Shown here: one piece after another, positions 29,316 to 37,379 of the stretch
Position numbering within the stretch: the first letter of the stretch is position 1
Layout of the letters: each line of letters starts with the position of its first letter
IMG/VR virus record: IMGVR_UViG_3300029319_000017
Coordinates: 23,893-87,892 of that record
Origin: a virus
Length of the DNA: 64,000 nucleotides
Direction: 5' to 3' (one strand)
The notes under the pieces: model-generated
What the model was told of the DNA's origin: nothing
The model's database searches: none
The model's input: only the letters and a program-made list of their open reading frames with translations
Translations under genes and position numbers: made by a program

Positions 29316-29924
29316 CTATATATTTAAGTCCTTACTTTCTAATAACGTATAGGTAAAACTATTACCCCAAGTATCTCTAGCTACTCTACATATATCCATA
29401 AACTCGTGCCAATCATCATTAGCTGCAATTACTTGACAGCCTGCTGACCATTTATCTACTTGTTTAGATTTTTTTCCTCCCCATTTAGTAGCTCTATGTA
29501 TATTAATACCAAACAAACCTGTTTGTGTATTATCATCACTTAGATCATACTTGTCGTCTTTATTAGCATCTCTATATACTGTTACAGGTCTACATTGACC
29601 TAATGCTTCATATCTACCTTGATGTAATCTTATTTTATGAGAACCTCTGTACTGCCCTTCTTTTAAAACAGCAACACCTTCTTTTCTCATAATGTTTTCA
29701 ACCCAGTATCGTCCTGGATCTGTTGTACAATCGTAAACATAAAACTCCCATTGGCCATCACATTTAAATGATAATGTAATTTTATCATCAAATTTATTTG
29801 TAATTTCTGTACCTGTATTAGAGTTTCTAATTCCTACAATGTTAAGGTTGTAGTCTCCTTTTTCAAACCAGTTATAGCTCTTCGCCTTAACTGCTTTTTC
29901 TATTATCTCTCTAGTTAAATCCAT
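29316..29924 (-). CDS. Putative endolysin, YkuD/L,D-transpeptidase-like fold
   Basis: LNIVGIR...FDD...TTDPG...GINIHRA...WSAGCQV (His...Ser-x-Gly-Cys catalytic pattern); next to the holin. Confidence 0.75.
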   Translation of the reverse strand: MDLTREIIEKAVKAKSYNWFEKGDYNLNIVGIRNSNTGTEITNKFDDKITLSFKCDGQWEFYVYDCTTDPGRYWVENIMRKEGVAVLKEGQYRGSHKIRLHQGRYEALGQCRPVTVYRDANKDDKYDLSDDNTQTGLFGINIHRATKWGGKKSKQVDKWSAGCQVIAANDDWHEFMDICRVARDTWGNSFTYTLLESKDLNI

Positions 29925-29926
29925 AA

Positions 29927-30319
29927 TTATACTTCAGTAAAATATGCATATTCTGCTACAATTGTACCAGATACTGCTTCTAACTGCACTGCTACAGAAC
30001 CACTGTTTTGTCCTATAGGAACAAATAAAAATTCTCCTGGTCCTAATTCTGCAAAAGATTTATTATTTTCTATTTCTACTGCTAAGTTATGAGCTGTAGC
30101 TGCATCACTTGCATCTAGCCCAGTATGCTTTAAATATAAATATCTAATACTACTATGAGATGCTAATATTATATTGTCTCCTCCAGTGCCACTTGCAGAA
30201 ACTTTACTAACTCCTACAATAGGATCTGTTACAGAAAGGGCTTTTGTTACTGTTAAATTTATCTCATTACTTGTAGCATTTTTACTACTAAGAGTTAAAG
30301 TTGCGTTTAATGTTGCCAT
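29927..30319 (-). CDS. Hypothetical beta-rich structural protein
   Basis: A/S/T-rich, YLYLKHT, LGPGEFLFVP; in the late operon. Confidence 0.55.
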   Translation of the reverse strand: MATLNATLTLSSKNATSNEINLTVTKALSVTDPIVGVSKVSASGTGGDNIILASHSSIRYLYLKHTGLDASDAATAHNLAVEIENNKSFAELGPGEFLFVPIGQNSGSVAVQLEAVSGTIVAEYAYFTEV

Positions 30320-30332
30320 ATCTTTTTATTTT

Positions 30333-30713
30333 TTAATTAAATTGTTTTAATATTATTTCGTCCACCTTTGCCTGGACGTCTTTTTTATCTGCCTCTAATT
30401 GAAACATAATGTTTGCATTAAAAGTTTCTTCTACATTACCATTATTAAATATAATAACTGTAGGTATAGAAGTAATTTCAAACTCCTGTTGTAGGTCCAT
30501 ATGTGTTCCTATATCAACTCTATAAACTTCACATTCTTTTAAATTTGGTAACCATTTTACAGAATTTGCATCATTCCAACTTGCCCAAAACTCTACAACA
30601 ATTATTCCTCTGCTTACTTCTTTATCAAAATTGTCTGGTCCTAAATAAGATTGTCCTTGTGCAAATCCAAAAGAGGTTAATAAAAAAACTATATAGGTTA
30701 TAAATTTTTTCAT
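30333..30713 (-). CDS. Exported thioredoxin-fold protein lacking the CxxC motif
   Basis: Signal peptide MKKFITYIVFLLTSFGFA-Q; NFDKEV..GIIVVEFWASWN...VDI....LQQEFEITSIPTVIIFNNG follows the thioredoxin pattern, with WN in place of WCxxC. Confidence 0.8.
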   Translation of the reverse strand: MKKFITYIVFLLTSFGFAQGQSYLGPDNFDKEVSRGIIVVEFWASWNDANSVKWLPNLKECEVYRVDIGTHMDLQQEFEITSIPTVIIFNNGNVEETFNANIMFQLEADKKDVQAKVDEIILKQFN

Positions 30714-31060
30714 TTTTTAAGGGTTTTAATTTCTTCTTTTAATTCTTCTAAATCTTTGATCACACGATCAATTTTTTGACGCGCCATCTCATCTTTCATA
30801 TTAAACTCCATACGAGTTGGTGGCCATGTTTGTGTAGCTGCAGGATCTCCCATATCTATCATGTATGTTCCTGTTCCTGGTTTGGGTAATTCTAAGGCTT
30901 GTTCAACCTTACCTTCAAGTTCTACAAATTTAGAATTTATAGTACTCATTAACCCAAAATATGCAGAGATTATAGTAGCTACACCGACTACAATCCCTAT
31001 TAATGTTTTTATACTTATTTGAAATTTACTGTCTTCTGATATTTCTTTGTTCATTTTCAT
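30710..31060 (-). CDS. Single-pass membrane protein with coiled-coil C-terminal region
   Basis: TM segment LIGIVVGVATIISAYFGL; coiled-coil tail; 4-nt overlap with the thioredoxin-like gene. Confidence 0.65.
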   Translation of the reverse strand: MKMNKEISEDSKFQISIKTLIGIVVGVATIISAYFGLMSTINSKFVELEGKVEQALELPKPGTGTYMIDMGDPAATQTWPPTRMEFNMKDEMARQKIDRVIKDLEELKEEIKTLKK

Positions 31061-31481
31061 TATAATTTTTAACGCAAAATATTGCTGTTACATCTGCTGT
31101 ATGACCAGCATCTCCTAAATTTAATTTTAAATTATTAACAGTATCTAAGTCAAAAGGTATACCATCATTAAAATCTAAAGTTGTTCCTTGTTTAATTGTT
31201 AAACCTTTTAATAGATAATATTCATTTGTTTCATCGTCTAACCACAAATTAACTGTTATATCAGTACTATCTGTGTTGCATATAAACAATCTTTTTAGTT
31301 GTATAAAAGGACGTTGATATAAAAAATGATCAGAATCACTGCCTCTTTGAAATCTTTCTCCGTCATCGCTTGCTTTACCATAAAACAAAATTTTTTCAGC
31401 TGTACCAGAACTAGTTATACTAATAAATTCACTATATAAATAATCATTAGGACCATTTTCTGTTACTGTAATATAATTCAT
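31026..31481 (-). CDS. Hypothetical structural (beta-sandwich-like) protein
   Basis: LFICNTDSTDITVNLWL...YYLLKGLTIKQGTTL; in operon. Confidence 0.55.
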   Translation of the reverse strand: MNYITVTENGPNDYLYSEFISITSSGTAEKILFYGKASDDGERFQRGSDSDHFLYQRPFIQLKRLFICNTDSTDITVNLWLDDETNEYYLLKGLTIKQGTTLDFNDGIPFDLDTVNNLKLNLGDAGHTADVTAIFCVKNYNENEQRNIRRQ

Positions 31482-31482
31482 A

Positions 31483-31857
31483 TTATGACAATGTTAATCT
31501 TATTGATTTAGTTTGGCTTCCAACTTTTCCTCCAAAATTTCTAGTCGCTATCATGTCAATAGTATATCTTGTTACTCCTTTAACTGTTGTTGCTGTTAAA
31601 TCACCAAATGATAAAGTAGTGTTAGATCCAATAACTGTTTTATTATCTTTATTAGATTCTATCTCTGTTCTAAGATAATCTAACTCATCCTGCATTAATC
31701 CTATTTGATGAATTAAAGATGTAATAAATGGGTTTGCTCCTTCAGGATCATTAATATTTATATCTAAAAATCCTTGATCATGAACAGTCTTTAATTTAGC
31801 TTTATCAGAACCTGTCTTATTATGTATCCTCTCGTATGCTTTATTTGTCAATCCCAT
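31483..31857 (-). CDS. Hypothetical protein
   Basis: ORF tightly packed in the late operon; short coiled-coil. Confidence 0.6.
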   Translation of the reverse strand: MGLTNKAYERIHNKTGSDKAKLKTVHDQGFLDININDPEGANPFITSLIHQIGLMQDELDYLRTEIESNKDNKTVIGSNTTLSFGDLTATTVKGVTRYTIDMIATRNFGGKVGSQTKSIRLTLS

Positions 31858-31867
31858 ATTATTTATT

Positions 31868-32746
31868 TTAAGATGTTATTTCAATTTCTGCATTAGCCCA
31901 ACCATATAATGTAGAAGAACTACCACTTGTTCTTCTAACACATAAAGTTAAACCTTGACCTGCTGTTAACGTATTACCACCAGTTACCGTAAAAATTTTC
32001 ATATAGTTTGTATTAGCTGTATAACTACCATCACAATCTGTTGCTGTCATAGTTGCTAAAGTTACGTTAGCAGTTGAATCATGTACTATAGGAACTTTTA
32101 CTACTTCCCACTCTAAATCTGCAGTTACAGTTTGATACCAAGCTACACTAATTTTATGTACAGTGCAATTTTGCGTTGCTATAAACGAGCACATTCTTAT
32201 AGCAGTAGAATCTGCTATAGACAAACCATCTAAAGAAGAAGTACTTATACTTTGACCATACATTGCAACATGATACCATCTGTTTACACTTGAGACTAAT
32301 GCCAAATAAAAATCATCTCCTTTTAATTTAACAAGAGATCTTGCTGTATTAGTTAAAGCAAATGTGCCAGTAGAATCAGGTAATGTTAATGTGCTACCAG
32401 TAATAGATGATGGAGCTACTATTCTTATTGAATCTGTCCCATTATCTGTATCTTCATAAAAATATAATTGTGCTGCACTAGAACTTGTACCACCTATATC
32501 TAATCTTCCATTTGATATATTTACTTTTGGAGTACCAAATAAATCTAAAGCACCAGCAGATGCTATACCCAGATCTGATACAACATTTACCATACTAGAT
32601 ACATTGTTAATAGTATTAGAAGTAATAGTTACAGTTTCAACATCTATTTGATTTGCACCTCCATATGTTAAAATACCATTAGCTGTAGACCCGTTAACTG
32701 TTAACGATTCTTCTTCTGGCCCTATAACTCTTCCTGGTTTACTCAT
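31868..32746 (-). CDS. Putative tail/head fibre protein
   Basis: S/T/G-rich; FYEDTDNG...APSSIT...TLTLPDSTGT fibre-type motif; beta-rich C-terminal domain. Confidence 0.6.
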   Translation of the reverse strand: MSKPGRVIGPEEESLTVNGSTANGILTYGGANQIDVETVTITSNTINNVSSMVNVVSDLGIASAGALDLFGTPKVNISNGRLDIGGTSSSAAQLYFYEDTDNGTDSIRIVAPSSITGSTLTLPDSTGTFALTNTARSLVKLKGDDFYLALVSSVNRWYHVAMYGQSISTSSLDGLSIADSTAIRMCSFIATQNCTVHKISVAWYQTVTADLEWEVVKVPIVHDSTANVTLATMTATDCDGSYTANTNYMKIFTVTGGNTLTAGQGLTLCVRRTSGSSSTLYGWANAEIEITS

Positions 32747-32958
32747 TATTTTTTTGCAAATTTTTCTACTCCACTAATACCAAAACATCCTAATACAACC
32801 CATACAAATGAGTCGTATACAAATTTATTAATAACTAAATCAGCTCCTACTGCTCCAGTTACTAAATCTATAATCATAACTACAACCATTATAAGAAATG
32901 CTACAAATCCAATTATAGATTTTTCATTCCAATCATTATTATCTTTAAATATCTTCAT
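32746..32958 (-). CDS. Small two-TM membrane protein (holin-like)
   Basis: Two hydrophobic helices; C-terminal LGCFGISGVEKFAKK. Confidence 0.6.
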   Translation of the reverse strand: MKIFKDNNDWNEKSIIGFVAFLIMVVVMIIDLVTGAVGADLVINKFVYDSFVWVVLGCFGISGVEKFAKK

Positions 32959-33299
32959 ATGTTTATTGTAATTGTTAATCCACCTTCCATATTTTTAAAA
33001 CTCCATTTAGCTTTTATACACATGCCTTCAACACAAAAACCCATGCTAGGCGGATGAGTGCATCTACAGCTTCCAAAGTTTTTTCTATCTTCTTCACCGT
33101 TTACTAAATATTCAGCTTTATCTAAAATATTTTTTAGTTCTTTAGCTAAAGTCCCATTACTTTTACTACTACCCTTATGCCTTCTAATAAGTGTTCCAAG
33201 TTTCTTTGATACTGCAACTAAATTATCTGCAGTAACTTCAAAAGTTTGCAAAGTCTTAGAAGGCAAAGGGTTTGTAGTTATAGTAATAGGTCTAGGCAT
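32955..33299 (-). CDS. Hypothetical protein with C-terminal Cys cluster
   Basis: SCRCTH...FCVEGMC; in operon. Confidence 0.55.
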   Translation of the reverse strand: MPRPITITTNPLPSKTLQTFEVTADNLVAVSKKLGTLIRRHKGSSKSNGTLAKELKNILDKAEYLVNGEEDRKNFGSCRCTHPPSMGFCVEGMCIKAKWSFKNMEGGLTITINI

Positions 33300-33300
33300 A

Positions 33301-33648
33301 TTATAAGTCTAAAAAGTCTTGATAAGAATATGATGCATTATTAGACCCACCATTTTTATACATTTTCTTTTTACCTCCCATTTTAAATCCAGGTCCCATT
33401 TTTTTCTTATTTATTGGGCTATTTTTAACCCTTGTTGTTTTCTTTCTTCCTTCAGCGGGCACATTCGCAACAGTTCCACTATCTTTCGATTGCATTTTTT
33501 TCTTTAAGTCATCTGCTGTAACTGTTGAATAAGTTTTTCTTTTTTCAGTTAAATCAAGTGCTTTTTTTCTAAACTTAAATGTTTCTTTTCCTTTAGCCCT
33601 AGCTTTTTTAAATTTTTTTTCAAACCTAGATAATTTTCGTTTTGTCAT
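33301..33648 (-). CDS. Small basic protein ending in tag GGSNNASYSYQDFLDL
   Basis: FEKKFKKARAKGKETFKF basic domain; FKMGG and YKNGG motifs; C-terminal 16 aa identical to the neighbouring gene. Confidence 0.75.
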   Translation of the reverse strand: MTKRKLSRFEKKFKKARAKGKETFKFRKKALDLTEKRKTYSTVTADDLKKKMQSKDSGTVANVPAEGRKKTTRVKNSPINKKKMGPGFKMGGKKKMYKNGGSNNASYSYQDFLDL

Positions 33649-33677
33649 GATTATTTTATTTTAAATTATATTTATAT

Positions 33678-33974
33678 TTACAAATCTAAAAAATCTTGGT
33701 AACTATAAGAAGCATTATTAGATCCACCTTCTCTATATTTGCTATAGCTTATATTTCTTTCTTTTCTGTCTTTTTTTGTTGTCTTTATATTACCACCTTT
33801 AGGCAATACTGTTTTCTTTCCAGTTTTTCGTTTACCCATACCTGCTAATTTTCCACTAGCATCTCTTCTTACTGTTTTCTTTATTGTTCCGTCTTTGTTA
33901 TATTTTACTTTTATTTGACCACCGTCACTAGTTTTTGCCTTTTTAACTCTTTTTCGAGTACTAATATCTTTCAT
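33678..33974 (-). CDS. Small basic protein ending in tag GGSNNASYSYQDFLDL
   Basis: K/R-rich; YREGG then the same C-terminal tag. Confidence 0.75.
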   Translation of the reverse strand: MKDISTRKRVKKAKTSDGGQIKVKYNKDGTIKKTVRRDASGKLAGMGKRKTGKKTVLPKGGNIKTTKKDRKERNISYSKYREGGSNNASYSYQDFLDL

Positions 33975-33984
33975 AATTTTAATT

Positions 33985-34695
33985 TTAATTTAATTTATAT
34001 TTAATTTTACCATCTTCTATATACAAACCTTCACGCTCTTTTATAGCCTGTCCGTTTAAATTATATAGTATATTGTTGGTTTTAGATTTATTTATTAATT
34101 CATTTATAGACGAGTTACAAGGTTGTCCTGTATCACAATCTATGTATTCTGTAACATATTCTATAAACTCTACATATTCTATTTCTACAATTGTATCGTA
34201 AACAAATACGTCAACATATTCAATAACATCTACAAAAAGAGTATCTAAAACGTCTTCGTAAATGGTTACTGTATCTGTTATATAAATGTATTCTGGAACA
34301 AACACTTCTACTTCTACAGTGTCTATTACAATGTTGTATACATATTCTGTATTAACTATAGTATCAAATATTGTTTCATATATAGTCTCATATTCTATTT
34401 CATATATTGTATCACACTCTTCCCCAATAGGAGGTAAACAATCTAATGGTGATGTTGGTTCTGCGTTATCTTCATCAGAAGCATCTACACAATCTTCCCA
34501 CCCATCATTAAGATAAAATAAATCAGGACCATTAGGTACGCATCCATTAGGAGAATACTGTGTCCAATTTGCTGGATCATCACCGCAATAAAATCCATTT
34601 TGTTGTGCGCATTCTAAACATAGTTGTTGAAAGTCAAATTGCGAGTAAGCAAACGAGCTTACAAACGCAAATAATATTATAAATAATTTTTTCAT
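33985..34695 (-). CDS. Exported protein: LDL-receptor class A-like Cys motif, acidic DT[IV] repeats, T9SS-CTD-like C-terminus
   Basis: Signal MKKLFIILFAFVSSFAYS-Q; FYC...GCVP...NDGWEDCVDASDE; repeats DTIYE/DTIV/DTVEV/DTVTI/DTLF; tail SSINEL...ILYNLNGQ.I...GLYIEDGKIKYKLN. Confidence 0.7.
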   Translation of the reverse strand: MKKLFIILFAFVSSFAYSQFDFQQLCLECAQQNGFYCGDDPANWTQYSPNGCVPNGPDLFYLNDGWEDCVDASDEDNAEPTSPLDCLPPIGEECDTIYEIEYETIYETIFDTIVNTEYVYNIVIDTVEVEVFVPEYIYITDTVTIYEDVLDTLFVDVIEYVDVFVYDTIVEIEYVEFIEYVTEYIDCDTGQPCNSSINELINKSKTNNILYNLNGQAIKEREGLYIEDGKIKYKLN

Positions 34696-34697
34696 AA

Positions 34698-35750
34698 TTA
34701 AAAGAATAAATAGTTAAATCCAAATTTTACTTCATATACTGGTTTTTCCCAGTATTTTATATGTGTTCCCTCTATAAATAATCCTAGGTTTTTTGTTATT
34801 CTTTGTCCAAATACCATTCCTGCATCCCATTCTAACCAATCTAGATCTGATTTACCGTAATCAAATGAATAATCATCTAAGCCGTAATGATACGGTAAGC
34901 AATTAACCCAAGCATGTAACCAAAACTTAGGTGTATATTTATAATATGCAATTCCTACTACTGCACTTAATTCTTTTTGTATTCCTAATTTTTCTAATTC
35001 TCTTTCATTAAATCTTGCAACTGCATCCCCAAAGTGGTGGTTAAAGAACTCATCATTACTAGTTGCTACAAGAATAGAATCACCTCCTGATACATCATAC
35101 CAGTTATTATTAACATAGAAGCCTTGGATCCATTGTTCAGGGGCATATCCAAAATCTTCAGCTAATTGTTGGAAGGTTGATTCGCCTGGTACCCAAAAAT
35201 CCCTGATTGGTACAAAGCCATAAGCAGGATGAGCTCTAACCACTGCTCCTACTGTAAAGTCCCAGTTTCCTGAGTTTATTCTATATCTTGTGTCAAAAGA
35301 TGTATATTGCAAGTTTACTCTTTGATTATCTTTGTATTGGACTTTAGTGACGCATTTTTCACCCAAGTATCTAATCCAAAAATTTTGATCAGTAAACTTT
35401 TCACCACGATTACGTATAAAAGAATAATTAAACAAATACTCCCAACCATTAGAATTACCAATAGTAACGTTGTCTGCCACAGCTCTTTCAGTACCATAAT
35501 ACCATGTTTTAACTTTGTATTCATAATCAAATCTGGCTATCTTACGAATACCTATTGTTAAATTGTAATCGTAAGGATTAATTTCTGTTATATCTACATA
35601 TCCTTTATCTATTGCTCTGTAATCTTCTCTTTCAGAAAAAGAAGTATTTGTACTTACAGATGTATAAAATGTAGAGTATTTAAAAAAGTTTTTTATTTGT
35701 GCATTTCCTACTGCACACATTAATATAAGTAAAATTATTATATTTTTCAT
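34698..35750 (-). CDS. Putative outer-membrane beta-barrel protein
   Basis: Signal MKNIIILLILMCAVGNA-Q; aromatic-rich alternating strands (YNLTIGIRK, WEYLFNYSF, WDFTVGAV, LGLFIEG); C-terminal YEVKFGFNYLFF resembles a BAM beta-signal. Confidence 0.75.
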   Translation of the reverse strand: MKNIIILLILMCAVGNAQIKNFFKYSTFYTSVSTNTSFSEREDYRAIDKGYVDITEINPYDYNLTIGIRKIARFDYEYKVKTWYYGTERAVADNVTIGNSNGWEYLFNYSFIRNRGEKFTDQNFWIRYLGEKCVTKVQYKDNQRVNLQYTSFDTRYRINSGNWDFTVGAVVRAHPAYGFVPIRDFWVPGESTFQQLAEDFGYAPEQWIQGFYVNNNWYDVSGGDSILVATSNDEFFNHHFGDAVARFNERELEKLGIQKELSAVVGIAYYKYTPKFWLHAWVNCLPYHYGLDDYSFDYGKSDLDWLEWDAGMVFGQRITKNLGLFIEGTHIKYWEKPVYEVKFGFNYLFF

Positions 35751-36601
35751 TATAAATTATATTTTTGTTTTAATTGTCTTTCTACTTCTAGCATTTCTTT
35801 ATCAGGTAAAACCTCATTAAAAACTAGTATTTCATACATACGTAGCCCATTTGCATGACCTTGAATCTGTAGTAAATGATTAGAGTTAACATCAAAAGCA
35901 TAAGTATGATCTTTAGATAATCCATTACCTATACTAGGCCCACCATTTTTACGCATAACACTAGCTCCACCTGTTTGAAGTCTAACTGTCCAAAGTTGAA
36001 GTGCATTTGATACTATTGTTGAGTTACTGTCTAATAAAACAGTTCCACTTTTATCACTTTGATCTCCTATAAACATTTTAACTTTTTGATCAGTAGGTAT
36101 TTGAAATGTTAATGGATCTTGCCCGCCATCACTAGCTCCTGCTTTCATAGTAAATATATCGCATGTTCCTGAAGAATTTATTAAATTAAATACTACAAAT
36201 AAAGTTAAAGCATCTCCCTCTAATCTACTTTGTGATAATAAATTACTTCCTACATTGCCTACTGTTTCAGTAGCACTCAGCTTATCAGTTGCATCTGCAA
36301 ATAAAGCATAAGGTATACCTGCGCTTGATCTATATATAGGTCTATCATTTGCAGTAGCTTGTTTTAAAGCTGTACCTAAAGCAGCATTATTAGCTCTACC
36401 AAATCGTTTATCAAAAGCTTTATTTGAAACTGCATATATACTGTCATTATGATTTGCATTAGTAGACATATCATCACTATACACAGCTCTTCTATCTGTA
36501 AAGTCAATCCATAATACAGGTCCATTTTTTATTCTAGACATTTTTTTCTTCCTAAATTTAGGACCTGTACTTGAATTATTATTTGATAAACTTAATCCCA
36601 T
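35750..36601 (-). CDS. Concanavalin/LamG-like virion protein
   Basis: PVLWIDF.D, QATANDRPIY, TLFVVF, MYEILVFNEVL....VE..LKQKY. Confidence 0.6.
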   Translation of the reverse strand: MGLSLSNNNSSTGPKFRKKKMSRIKNGPVLWIDFTDRRAVYSDDMSTNANHNDSIYAVSNKAFDKRFGRANNAALGTALKQATANDRPIYRSSAGIPYALFADATDKLSATETVGNVGSNLLSQSRLEGDALTLFVVFNLINSSGTCDIFTMKAGASDGGQDPLTFQIPTDQKVKMFIGDQSDKSGTVLLDSNSTIVSNALQLWTVRLQTGGASVMRKNGGPSIGNGLSKDHTYAFDVNSNHLLQIQGHANGLRMYEILVFNEVLPDKEMLEVERQLKQKYNL

Positions 36602-36936
36602 TATGTAGTAGTTACAGTATTATCAGCTGTTTTAAAATATGCAATACATGCACCACTAGTAAGTTTTAATGTTGAAAAATCTCCAAAGATAGTTAAACCT
36701 TCAGGAAATGTTTCACCTATTATTGTGTCTCCACTCCAATTACTTGTAGCAGTGTTTGTAGCAAATACTGTATTTTCTATAAATGTGATTGCACTCCAAT
36801 TACCTGCTGCAGCATGCTCATCAGTATCACTTATAAAATACGCACCAAACTCTCCATTACCTACATTTGCTGTTTTTGCAGTTGATTGGCTTATATTTAC
36901 TAGTGTTTGGTCTATTACGCCTAATTGTCTTCCCAT
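36601..36936 (-). CDS. Hypothetical structural protein
   Basis: TFPEGLTIFGDF..LKLTSG.CIAY; in operon. Confidence 0.55.
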   Translation of the reverse strand: MGRQLGVIDQTLVNISQSTAKTANVGNGEFGAYFISDTDEHAAAGNWSAITFIENTVFATNTATSNWSGDTIIGETFPEGLTIFGDFSTLKLTSGACIAYFKTADNTVTTT

Positions 36937-37349
36937 TATATAATTATTTTTTCTAAGTTATTAATTTGTCTTGCTGTTACTTCGTTTGGAATTAAATCCT
37001 TTGGTAAAGAGTTTAGTTTAATAGGTTTAGCGCTTTCTTTTAATAATTTTTGCACATCTTCAATTTGATTTTTTCTTTCTGCTATTAAACTTGCATTTCT
37101 AGTTTCCATTTCTTTTACAGCTTCTGTATCATTTGCATCTTGTGCTGCTCTTATTTCTGCAGCAAACTTTACAAACTCTTCAGAAGGTTGTCCTAACTTT
37201 TCTACATTCTTTAAATGATCTTGTAGTTTGTTAATATTTTTAGATACTATAAAAGCAAAGTCTTTACCTTTTATATCTTGAGTTGCAAATAAACCATTCA
37301 TTAGATCTACTAACTCACCATTTGTTGTTTTTAATTCTATTGTTGCCAT
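36936..37349 (-). CDS. Helical protein, possible fibre assembly chaperone
   Basis: Coiled-coil composition; directly downstream of a fibre gene. Confidence 0.45.
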   Translation of the reverse strand: MATIELKTTNGELVDLMNGLFATQDIKGKDFAFIVSKNINKLQDHLKNVEKLGQPSEEFVKFAAEIRAAQDANDTEAVKEMETRNASLIAERKNQIEDVQKLLKESAKPIKLNSLPKDLIPNEVTARQINNLEKIII

Positions 37350-37379
37350 ATATATATTGATTTAAATTAATTTTAGTTA

